Positions 35,497 to 46,648 of a DNA stretch of 64,000 nt are shown here, piece after piece. Position numbers and translations under genes: made by a program. The stretch covers positions 973,083 to 1,037,082 of the forward strand of contig NW_019217823.1 in assembly GCF_002571385.2 (NCBI RefSeq), in the 5' to 3' direction. The notes beneath the pieces were generated by a model that saw nothing but the letters and a program-made list of their open reading frames with translations, was not told where the DNA came from and searched no databases. The number at the start of each line of letters is the position of its first letter. The first letter of the stretch is position 1. This stretch comes from Stylophora pistillata. Lineage: Eukaryota.

Positions 35497-38400
35497 ATGG
35501 TAAGTTGTTAGTAATGAAGAATTTCGGCCTAATTATGTTCCACGTGCCTCTTTTTATACTGAATTAGAAAGCGTTTATCCTTGATCTAAATCACACGATG
35601 GCATCTTGTGGCTAGTTGATCTTTTATGGAGCTTTTAGTTTCGACTACAGCAACATGCAAATCTCGCTTGTATGTCATATCAAGTCTGCCCAGATTTTCA
35701 GTTTTATGATGCAAATTTGTTTCTTTTTCGCACAGAATATGGCATTATCTTAAAGGCTGGCCGAAAATATTTCAGCTCTTGGTATGGAGGGGTTTAAAAG
35801 ACAGTACTAGTGTCATAATATCCGCGGTGCACTTAATACCCGAGGGATAGGGGAGTAGATGGCGAGATCATGAGGTCGAAATACCGCATTGCTCGATTCC
35901 TCACAATTTTGGTTTTAACTTCACAGTGTAGCAGATATGGATGACATTATCATAATAACTACACTATGCTTTCGTAAAACCTAATTGAGATCGTCGTTCA
36001 CAAAAGTGTCATGACATCTCACGCAAAAGAGGAATAATTTGATTTTGCAAGGGAAAGTACAGCAGCTACTTTTATTAGAAAGCTAATTGGTAGTTAAAAT
36101 GTTACTATATTTACTTTACTTCACTTCTAACTCTTTTCAAACTTCAAACTTGCAGCTTGTTCTTGTGCTTGGGGACCTTCATATTCCTCATAGGCAACAC
36201 AGTTTACCAGCAAAGTTTAAAAAGTTGTTGGTGAGTTAATCATGTCAGGATAAATTCTGACTTCCTTGCTTTCTTTCATTTAGTCAGTTGGTCTCTGAAA
36301 ACAAAAATGTCTCATTTGAAGCACAAACAATGTATGAAATTCAATATAGATATTGGGTCACTGCTTGACCTAAACAAGCTTATTACAGGATGCTTAGCAT
36401 TTTCTGGGAATCTTTCCTTACAAGCAGAATTGATTAAACTTTACACCCTAAGAGTGACTTGCATTTAATTTCCTGGAATCAAACAGGAAGGTCCCGAGAA
36501 TAAAGGAAATGATTGCCAGCCAATGAAGCTTTTGACCTTTCAACAAATTTTCACCTTCTCAGATCCAGAGGAAATTTATAGAGAACAGTTCAGAGAATAT
36601 GTATGTTGATGTGAAGGTTACCGTGTGAGCAGGGCCTTTTTTAACCGGTCCTCGAATCGAAAAGGGAAAAAGGCTGTGCCGACTTTCTTTTGTTGCTCGT
36701 TTGAACATGCGCAGCAGTTGCCTAGAAACTGATCCTTTTCCACGCCCCCTTGCATTTGTGGGCGCAGGTTTGGTCATCTGTTTACATAAAAAACAGAGAT
36801 GTATGCACCAAAACCAATTTGACTGGAGGCAAAACTGGCTTGAGTAGCCCGGAGTTTTGGGCTTTCGGCATTTCAAAGCAACAACAGGATGTCGGCAGAG
36901 CCTTTTCCCTTGGAGGGTTAAAAAGAAGAAAAGGCTCTGCTCGCAGGGTATGTGAAGGTGTAAAGGATTAAGAAAATACTTTCCCCTTCCAATGTTTGTA
37001 CATAGTTTCAGCACAGTGGAGGTGAAAAGAATTAAAGGGTTATATTATTTTGACTTGCTTTGCCTTTTTATTTCTCAGGTGCCGGGAAAAATACAACACA
37101 TCTTATGCACTGGAAATCTCTGTGCAAAAGATTCATATGACTATCTCAAAACACTGGCTAGTGATGTCCACGTTGTCAGAGGGGATTTTGATGAGGTAGT
37201 TTTAAAACCAACTTTCTTATTTGCTCTGGCATTGTGTTCATGTGCAAAATTTAACAACAAACTTGAATTTAATCTCTTCACTTTTCACAGCTTGTAAAAG
37301 GTTACCTACATAAAATTGAGTTTCACCAGTACTCTGTTTCTTTGTCACAATCTTTTATAAATTCTGGTGTGATGAAAAATTAATGGTTGGAAATAGCTGG
37401 CTGAGACAGCATAAAATTCAGTTATTAATGAGTGCAGATCTCCCACCTAATCACTGGCAATTGTATGGCTTTACCCCTCAATCCCCATGAGTGATCAAGA
37501 CATAATTTCTCTTCAAAATATTAAATTAATATCAAGCAGACAAGTGATGAGAATAAAGAACCAAGGGATTATCAGTTGATCCACACCAAATTCTTTTAAC
37601 TGACATGATAAGAATTGTATGGCAAATAGTAGTTTAAAAGAAAATTACTAAGGAGATCTTTGGAGTCAAAGGATTGAATAAAGGGGTGAAAAAAACAGGT
37701 AAATATCATCAGAAAAACAACATTAGAAAGTTGAGTAGGAATTTGAGATCATAGGATTCACAGATTACTGATCAGAATTCTTTGATAAAATTTACCAGCC
37801 TAAGTGATGTTTCATTTAGAAATGTTGTGACCTTGATATTTTAAGTGCTGTTTCAGATTTTATAATATCTATATTTTAGCAATAACACATTTTTCTTTTC
37901 AGAATTTATCTTATCCTGAGCAGAAGGTAGTGAATGTGGGACAGTTTAGGATAGGAGTCTGTCATGGTCATCAGGTTGTTCCATGGGGGGACCCTGAGTC
38001 TCTCGCAATGGTGAGTGATTTATCACTGATCTCTATCTTTATCTTAGATCTTATCCGTAATTCTCCCTCGCAGCTGCTGTATCTATCCTGGTTAGACAGA
38101 GCTGAATATTGTGCACGCATGCGCTAGATTTTGCAGCGGAAACACGGATATTTAGGATGATTTTGAGTTGTTCGCATGAATGATTTCCTATTCTGTTGCT
38201 TTGAGGTGTCATTTTCCTTGCCGCTTTTCTTTTACAGAACAACCTCCAAAAACTTGGTACAGCCCCTGAAAAGTTTCAAAAATTAATTTTCTCTTTAAAA
38301 CCTCTGGAAATAGGAAAATGCCTTTGATGAAAACAGAGTTCCTCGGTTTTAAAAGTCAGCCCTTACTGTTTTCCGCTAATTTCGCCAAATTTTAGACCTA

Positions 38401-39389
38401 GGGCACTTGAGCCTGCATTGTTGACGGCAACCCGCTGACGTAGCATTTCATTATTCAGCTCTGTCTCCTAGTTATTAAATGGTAGAATGTTAATTTTATA
38501 CTATTGAAGTTTTACAGAGCGTTGTCATGATAAAAATCTTGTTTTTGTCTTGAACAGCTTCAGCGGCAGCTTGATGTTGACATACTTATTTATGGGCACT
38601 CGCATAAGTTTGCTGCATATGAGCATGAGGGAAGGTTTTATATCAATCCTGGTTCAGCCACTGGAGCATATCATCCCCTACAAAGGTAGAAATATTAGTG
38701 AACTATAAACCTGGTAACTTCTATCGAACTGCTCCAAGCTATGATCATTTTTTTTAATTACCATAGCAAGAACAAGTGTTTTGCAGCATTTGTTGATTTG
38801 GTGATCTGTACTTGATAGTAATACTATCAAGTNNNNNNNNTACTATAACAGTAGTTTTATAAACATTTAAAGAAAAGATTGTGACCTGTGGCACAAAAAT
38901 CTGTGTCTGTTTCTTTTATTAATATTATTTTTTCTGGAGAATAAAATTTCATTAATGGCAAGTCACCAAATGGCAATTTTGTGCAATGTTAAACTTGGAG
39001 CCCCTCTTTACCAAAGAATTAATGAAAAAATGAAGAACTAACTTAAAGGTAAAACTATGAAAATTAAATGAAATGGAAAAGATTTTTTGTTATTAAAAAA
39101 TATTTTAAAAAGCATTTTCTGAGCACCTATCACCCTTTGAGCTTTCCCTGCACTCACCTTGTGCTCCCAACACACACAAAAAATAACACTTGTTCTGTAC
39201 TTAATGAGTACAGTGATAACTACCTATGGTGATTTTGGGTCAAAGTTATCTTTTTTTCTCTATTGCAGTGACACTGTACCATCATTTGTATTAATGGACA
39301 TTCAAGGAGGTACCATTGTAACATATGTGTACCAGCTTATCAAGGATGATGTAAAGGTGGAGCGGATTGAGTACAAGAAACCAGTATAA
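35497..39389 (+). CDS. VPS29: Retromer subunit VPS29, 183 aa
   Basis: Exons 35497-35499 (ATG only), 36156-36230, 37079-37195, 37903-38010, 38558-38685 and 39269-39389 (552 nt). [90 protein letters not shown]. Confidence 0.97.
36619..36950. mobile_element. MITE with 9-bp TSD (Mutator-like), nested in a TTAA MITE (36435-36971)
   Basis: TIRs TACCGTGTGAGCAGGGCCT / AGGCTCTGCTCGCAGGGTA; direct repeat TGTGAAGGT at 36610-36618 and 36951-36959. Confidence 0.8.
37470..37677. mobile_element. piggyBac-like MITE (TTAA family)
   Basis: CCCCTCAATCCCCATGAGTGATCAAGAC..GGAGTCAAAGGATT; homologous to 19968-20178. Confidence 0.65.
38088..38471. mobile_element. MITE with ~15-bp inverted repeats
   Basis: AGACAGAGCTGAATA (~38094) inverted to TATTCAGCTCTGTCT (~38453-38467). 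Confidence 0.6.
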
Positions 39390-40204
39390 TCAAAAAATTT
39401 CATCATCATTTGTAGTCAGGTTTTTCTTTTATAATCCATTGGCCGATATTATATATTAGGTGTCACTGCGAGTATAAAAAGACATCTAGACAAAGAAAAC
39501 TTGAAAATGTTTGACCTGTGTTTGTCAAAAATGTAAAAAAAGGAATTATAGAAAAAATTCAAGAGGAGACATGGTAGCTATGATTACTCACAAATGAGTT
39601 GCTTTTTACTGAACTGTAATAAAGTGACATTATCTCAGTTTATATTTTCAGTTTGATGTATGCATGTGACTTTTTCTTTATGTGAAAAAGAGGTTTAAAG
39701 TGGCAGTGTATAATCACACTGAACTGCACTTCCCTCTACACTCCTATTGTGTCAGCAAGATCCAACTTGATTACGTGTACTGTTGTAGACATTTTGTAAA
39801 TCTTTTAAATAAATGTTTGTGACTTATAAATGCATCTCTTTTACATTCTTTGATTCTTTTAATTGACAGGTTATAGCCATACAATTTTTTCAGAATAGGT
39901 ATACTGTAGGTTTGAAGTGAAAGGATGAAATAACTAGGGTTACCCTTNTAAATAAATTTACTTTACCAAGCATATTTTGTGAAAAAAAAAAAAAAAAAAA
40001 AAAAAGAGAAGAAAAGGTCTCATGGATGATGGGATGGTATCAATGTGTGAACTACCACCTCAGCCAGTTGCAACATTCTTTTAGTCTGAATGATTCTCCC
40101 ATTTAACCTTTTAAGAGGGATTAACATCTAATTTCCATTACATCACCCCTTAATCAAACGTTCAGGTTACAACAATAAAGGAAATGATCACGAACTTGTT
40201 TGAA

Positions 40205-40812
40205 CTTGTTTGACACCCTTGTTTGTGTTTGTAAACACCCTACTGTGAACTACTGGATAAAATAGGCTTACCATCACTTTTTAATCAATGCCTTGCAAAA
40301 ATAATCTGCACAGTTTTCAAAGCTGTAAACAGTGATCAATTGCACCAAAAAATATAAAAGAACTGATCAGACATAGAAACAGCCATTACGACCTTAGAGG
40401 AAACAGCGTTTAAAGCTGCCAAGGGCTAACACTACAACTTACAGTTAAAAATTGTGGAGATTCATAGTGCAAAAACTATGGAACTTAATACCTGACTCAT
40501 ATGGAACTATTCATTCTTTCAAGGTTTTAAAAACACTAGTTGAAAACTTGACTTGTCAGGTTTGATAGAGTCATCATACCCTGTATCTTCAATTAGTTTT
40601 AGCTTTCTTCAGTTTATAAAATGTTATATCTAGTGTTATGTAAATAGTTTAAATCTTAATTTTAATTTTACATCATCCTAGTTACTGTAGATGGTATTAT
40701 CTCTGTCAATTTAGTTCTTTTTACTTTTATTCTCTGTGTTATAGCTGCAAGCTAGCTGGTGAGATTGTTCTCACAGAAGCTAAGTGTATATGCACAATAA
40801 AACTTGACTTGA
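40205..40812 (+). mobile_element. 5'-truncated CR1/L2-clade LINE 3' end nested in a TTAA MITE (40102-40905)
   Basis: Degenerate YCELLDKIGLPSL..TVFKAVN..YDLRGN..LPRANTTTY, followed by a 3' UTR ending AATAAAACTTGACTTGA. MITE halves lie on both sides. Confidence 0.7.
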
Positions 40813-41304
40813 AATTCTCCTAGTCAGCATTCTAGGAATTGTGTATGGAACAGTATGGAAAATAATTATGCATACTGATTTTAGCCAAGGGTTTTAAGGG
40901 GTTAACCAGAAGTTTGTGAAATTCTCCTTATCAAGCCAGATGTGTCTTATTGAGCGTTTCCTCTAAGTGAAAAGGTGGGGAGATTTTCAAGCAAATTTGC
41001 ATACACTTGTTATGAACCTCCCCTACTCCCAAGATTGACTCATTCTTAAATCTCCTCTCCATGTGCAATACATTTCCTCTTAAACTACTTACAGTGTAAG
41101 AGAAGTTGGGTCTAACTCAATTGAACTTTTACTAACTAATGGATTTGTTTAATGTCTTAATCAGTTTGAGAAATGTACTGATCATCACATTCAAATTTTA
41201 CAAAATTTGAAACAAGGAAATGCTGACAATCCAATTCATTGAAGGGTTATTGAATCAAATTTCTTAATGACTGGCATTCCCTCTATCTCCATACCCTTTT
41301 TCTA

Positions 41305-41710
41305 GTGAGGCGTGAGTAGTCCAGAGGTCAGTGTACAGGACTGTGGGTCAGTTGGCCTGGGGATCAAGTCCTGGCTGGGGCATGACGTTGTGTCCTTAAG
41401 CAAGATGCTTCACTCTCATTGCTTTGTCTTCTCGGATAAGATGTAAAGCCATAGGTCCCATCTCCTGCTGGGTTAGGGGTAGGAGATGTAAAATTTCCCA
41501 TGCACGCGATTACTGTGTAGTGGATGTCCTCCCCGGGGTGGATGGGTAGGAAGGTGAGATCACTACATGGACTGAAGTGGCTGCCAGAGGTTCTTGATAA
41601 AAATGCTGATGTCCGATCTCAACCTTACAATACTGTTAACGTGACTGAATATATCCACATAGAAGTCTGCGCTGTATAAATGTAAAAATGTAAATGTAAT
41701 GTAATGTAAC
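41305..41710 (+). mobile_element. Modular tRNA-SINE (tRNA head + CORE + Nin-like block + L2-type tail)
   Basis: Decayed A/B boxes; CORE-like GTTGTGTCCTTAAGCAAGATGCTTCACTCTCA; block CTCGGATAAG..TAGGTCCCATCTCCTGCTGGGTTAGGGGTAGGAGA shared with SINE 281-680; tail GCGCTGTATAAATG(TAAAT/TGTAA)n. Confidence 0.8.
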
Positions 41711-42624
41711 ATTGATACTTGAAAAATCCTTTTCCAAGTAATATTTCTGTTTGTAGTAAGAAGACAAGCCACTCCTTCCTCAAATGTAGAACCAACAGAA
41801 AGTATGGTAAGATCTCTGATGATAACTAAATTAAGAAACATTTAATTGATAATACTCATGCCATTTATTGAACCCAAAGCAAAATGTATGACTAAAATGT
41901 ATGATGAATAAAAAAAAGAGAAACCACATTTACGTTAGCTGAAAGACCTTCCCTAGCACATGCAGAGAATTTGACCTGCTCATTTGTAGTAACCTTAAAC
42001 TAAAGGAACTAAAGAAAAAATGTGTTTTTCCATGAAAATGATACTCAGTGCCTTTTTATGAGGTTTTTTGTGTGAAATTTGACTTGTAAATGAATGTTTA
42101 GGTCTCTGTTCAATATTGTGGCTCACAGGTGCATTTCTAATGCAAAACTTACTAAATTTAAGAATCTGGCATGAGCAAAACCAGCAAAAATAATTAGTAT
42201 ACCATTATTATCGATATCGATATGTGAGATAAATAATATTAATAATAACATTTATTGATTTGTATTGTACAAATATAAAGGTAAGGTAATATTATTACCA
42301 CATCAAACAGTTTAGAGGATTCAATACCTTTACTTCAATCAAATGTAAGTCTACCATACAAGATGAGGACTAAGTTTTTTTACTGCCTTACTCATCCTGG
42401 AGAAAGGAACTATTCTAAGTTAAATGCACAGAAAGTAAGCCTTAAATAATAACAATAATGACCAGTTAAACATTTTTCTATAAAGAAATTTCTAAATCAC
42501 TTTTAATTAATCTTAGTTGGATTATTTTTAACCTATACATTGCTTTCATACATATCTGTTACTTCTGACCTATAGACACAGTAAACAATTCTCAATCTAC
42601 CAGGAGATCATAAGTGTCACCAAG

Positions 42625-42840
42625 TTGATTTTTGTTTTGTTTGTTTTGTTTTAATGACTTTACTGGGTGTGACTAGACCCGGAAGGGTTCGTGCAAACGG
42701 AACACAAGGTCCATGCGAGGCACCACCCCTCCCCCCCAATTCACCCTGGATAGACACTGCACAAAGATAGACCACAACACCGGGCACTATGTGCCCTACT
42801 CTTTTCAAGGAGTGTGTGGGTTCTTTAACATCCCACAAAT
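42625..42840 (-). mobile_element. Nin-domain SINE 3' fragment
   Basis: Minus strand GGGATGTTAAAGAACCCACACACTCCTTGAAAAGAGTAGGGCAC..CCCGGTGTTGTGGT matches the cnidarian Nin-SINE core as I recall it; (AAAAC)n tail. Confidence 0.65.
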
Positions 42841-42975
42841 TTGATAGACATCAGGAGTACAGACATTTAATGAGTCTTGAGCAGAAAGAATTTATTACTC
42901 ATGTGCAAACATGACACATTTAAATTGTTCACTGATGAAATGATGAGGAAAGCTGTCCTTTTTCCATTGCCATGG

Positions 42976-44462
42976 TCAATCCTCTTGCTCAGCAGCAGCG
43001 GCATCAGCAGCAGCAGCAGCGGCACCCACTTGCTGTCCCTCACCCCAGTTGAATCCACCAGGCCTGTCTTCCTCTGGTAGGGGTTGGTAGTTTGGATCCT
43101 CAGGGGGTGCATCAAAGATGGCTTTCCTACAAACAATTCAGAAATGAAGAACTGATGTTAGTGAGAAGTGTGGGAGAACAAAAATCTCAGTCCTTTAAGG
43201 GGATTCAAAACCCCAATCCAGCTCTCATTCCAGGAAAAAACTTTGTTTGATATACATTTAATCCTATTTACATTCCTAGACATATTTTTCTCCTGGGATA
43301 TTTTAAAGGCAAGCCACCAAATGTGCAAACAAAGCTAACAGTGTTCTTGGCTTTGTTAGACGGACTGTTGGACCAAAAAACCCAGACTTATTCTCTAAAT
43401 TGTACAAAAGTCTTGTAAGGCCAATCCTTGAATACAGTTCCGCAGTATGGTCACCACATCTAAAGAAAGACATTGCTACTCAAGAAAAAGTCCAAAGATG
43501 AGCTTCCAGATTTGCGCTTGGTGCAACTGCATATGATATGTCGTATGAAGATCAATTGAAATGACTTAAATGGTCATCATTAGAAAAAAGGAGAACTTTA
43601 TCATCACTCAGTGAATGCTACAAGACAATAAATGGACTGAATTGTGAAAATATAAATAAAAAATATGAGAGTATGTATTTAATCAAAATCATGCAGTATA
43701 GGGTGTTTCTAAATATATTTCATACAGGATTCCTGGAGTTCTGAGTATCCTGAACCCCCCTGGTTGCTCTGGAAACACATCTTCCAAGAAATAATACACA
43801 TGACCCACAGCAATACCTGCAAAAGTAAGAGAAACTTGTCAGCTAAAAAAATGATTGATCCAGAAAATATCAGCTGAACAATGAGTATTTAGGACTCTTA
43901 CTCGAATGAAGAGAGGGAAGCCAGCAATATGCTTCCAAAATCAGGTTAAAATTGAGTAGCAGCCTTCAGGTATTTCCAAATATGAAAACAGCAATAATGC
44001 ATTTAGTATTTCTAACTCACTAGGGTCCTTCTACTGCATAGACATCAAACAAAGAGTAATGTGGAAAATTAAAGAAAACCAATTTTTGACAAAAAATTAT
44101 TAATTAAATCAATTCATCTGCTTTCTAACTGTCCCGGTTAACTTTACGTTAATATTAACTGGAACTGGTTGAAACAACTGATTCATTAACAGAAAACTAT
44201 GCGTCAATCATACATGAAGACAAGTCAATTATTTTGTAAATTTTATATTTTGAATTTCTCATGGAATTTTCAAAGACATGGAAATATCACAAAACAACTG
44301 TGATTTTCACAGTGATCAGTTTGACAAGCTATTTCTTATAAATAAAGGGGGTAAGATTCTAAAGAAACTGTGGTGCTGCATTGGTGGGGGTAACAAGGTA
44401 ATTTGGTAAAAAGTTGAAATTGTAAATTGGCCACCATGAAGAATTAATAAGAAGCTGACATT

Positions 44463-44494
<32 letters not shown>

Positions 44495-46554
44495 GGAATT
44501 GTAGGTAATGTGTGTGGGTTTATATGCAGAAATAAAATACATGCTCCCTAAAAACATACTTGAAATGTTACTGGCACAGAATATCAAAATTCCAAGAAGG
44601 AAAGATAAGGAAAATCTAAGTGAAATTACCAATAAGGTCAACCATGACAGAATTTCCCAACATGAGGGAGAAACCAAACAGCACCCAAGGTAAGTAGGGT
44701 GCCTTGAAGGTAAGAAGACCAAAGAAGTTCATTCGTATAAAAGGATTTCTCCTGCTCCAGATGTACACTAACATTATGGTAAAAGCCTGACCTAGAAAAA
44801 CTAAGTTTACAAACAAAGCAATCACCTAATGACAAGGTGTCAAGGAAATATCAAATGAAAGCAAAATGTCTGGAATAGAACACCCTGTTACAAACATATA
44901 ATGACGTTTTATTATTCGGTCAAATATGCTTATTTCTCACATTAACGCAGTCAATAATTCATATGCTCTTTTCCGAGAAAAGTTCTACAGGTTTGATGTT
45001 ATATTCATAAAGGATACAGTCATTATAGCTCCACCAAACATGAACATGAAAACAAAATCTGCAGTTCGCCCACGGAATGACCCTTCCTCTAGCATTCTAC
45101 AGTAGCGATATCTTTCAAGTGTCAAGGAATTTTCATTTATCATAATCATGGCAAAACACTTTTAAACTTGGAACCCATAAGAGCAAGTAGGATCTTGAAA
45201 GATTAAGGTCATGAAAATGTAGGAAATGATCATCAAGTGGAGAGGTACATGATTGAGATTCTCCTCATCTCTAATATCAGGGCTCAACGCTAACAGTAGC
45301 CAACCAGCCACAGAATAGTAGAAATTCAGTTTTGGCCAGTGGTTTTCAATTTCCACTTGCCAGTTTGGCTAGTAAACTAACTGAAATTGTTGAAACATCT
45401 AAGATGTCATTAGCCACTTGGCTAGTGAGTTGAAAAGTTGTATAAGGAGAAGCATGGAGAATATGCTTAATGGCATTATGGTGTAAAGGGTTAATAGCCA
45501 TTTTTACCCCAATTCAAGGTAATTTTACAATCTGATCAGCCAAGTTGCCTTTGTTGATAAAAGTACAAACAACACTTCTTGCTTCTTTGTATCTTGTAAC
45601 ATGTCACACACTGAAAGAGTCATTTTATTTCACTTTTAATATTTGGCATGAGGAAAGAGTACCATATAACCCCATACATTAATTATGCATTCCACTTCTT
45701 TGTCTTTCACGACAAAACTTTTAAAACAAAGTCTACTATTCTGAATGCATAATTAATCTATGGGGTTATATGGTACTCTTGCCCAATATTTTGATAAGAG
45801 TACAGACCACCCTACACCACTGGAAATATTTGTTCAAGTATCAATGCATAAGTATTCAACTCAAACCATTTCAGCAGTAACTTAACAAACTTAAAAGAAT
45901 AAAAGAAAAGGATATGTGAAAATCATGTTGAAGAGGAAATTAAATCCAATCGTTCCAAAAAACATAAAATTAGTTACCAGTCTCCAAAACTGAAATTAAA
46001 GCAGAGAAAATAAAACACAATTTTATTTTTCACATCAATATTAATTTCATTACAATCTTAATTTTTCTCTATTTTATATTTTAAATCAAAATTAAAGAGG
46101 AGTACACGTCACCTTATCAAGCTCAAAATAACACAAATATGCACATTATTTTCACTGAAAAAATATCATCTTTCAACTAAAAAATACAACTTTTTTTTGG
46201 AAATTAAAACGTGTCTCACATTTACGTTGTAATTACACGAAAGAAACGTAAAAAAAGACCCACCTGAAATCTTTGAAATATGAGTTCAGGATTAAAATAA
46301 AGCTGGAACGGAGTGATCAGCTCAAGTTGCTATGAACAAACAAAAGCAATATATAGGAAAGGTTATGAAAATCATTCCCCTGCACAGCGAGAAATTTCAC
46401 CATTCTCTTCCTTGCATGTAAAGAAAAGCGACCGAAACTTTATCTACATGTTTATCCTTACCACTGCAAGTGTTGTTACAACACAAGCAGTTGTATAAGT
46501 CCGTGTAACCACGGGCATCTGCATGTATTCTTGTTGAAAAGTTTGGTACGCCAT
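42976..46554 (-). CDS. DERL2: Derlin-2 (ERAD rhomboid pseudoprotease), 254 aa
   Basis: Exons 46554-46462, 46329-46264, 45989-45916, 45111-45018, 44825-44630, 43816-43726 and 43126-42976 (765 nt). [94 protein letters not shown]; SHP box GGFNWGEGQ. Confidence 0.96.
43310..43645 (+). mobile_element. CR1-like LINE ORF2 fragment in a DERL2 intron
   Basis: [65 protein letters not shown]. Confidence 0.85.
44340..44532 (-). mobile_element. Penelope-like/retrozyme terminal repeat fragment containing a minimal hammerhead ribozyme motif
   Basis: Minus strand GCT-CTGACGA-AGGGCTAACGCTC-GAAA-T-GTC-AGC at 44453-44488, embedded in the repeat ..AGCACCACAGTTTCTTTAGAA.. that I recall from cnidarian PLE termini. 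Confidence 0.7.
44826..45017 (-). other. U12-type GT-AG intron of DERL2
   Basis: 5' GTATCCTTT; branch TTCCTTGAC 13 nt upstream of the intron end (AG); no polypyrimidine tract. Confidence 0.9.
45112..45915 (-). other. U12-type intron of DERL2 with non-canonical AT-AG termini
   Basis: 5' ATATCCTTT; branch TTCCTTGAC followed by ACTTGAAAG. Only this junction restores [15 protein letters not shown]. Confidence 0.85.
45654..45780. mobile_element. Small MITE/hairpin with ~37-bp inverted repeats
   Basis: AAGAGTACCATATAACCCCATACATTAATTATGCATTC ... GAATGCATAATTAATCTATGGGGTTATATGGTACTCTT. Confidence 0.75.
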
Positions 46555-46648
46555 CTTGTCAGGACTTCCTCAAAGACACGTCAGTGATTCCAGACTTCTC
46601 CAGTCATTATGAGTTGCGAAATACTGGGACCAAGTCACACGATTCAAC
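46555..46648. promoter_or_regulatory. Ultra-compact bidirectional promoter DERL2/TIMM22
   Basis: 94 bp between divergent ATGs. TGACGTGT (minus, 46576-46583; CRE/UPRE-like), ACTTCCT (ETS-like), and YY1-like ATGGCG over both start codons. Confidence 0.7.

Noticed and set aside
36559-37014. 151-aa minus-strand ORF in a VPS29 intron
   Set aside because: Spans nested MITEs; no domain similarity recognised.
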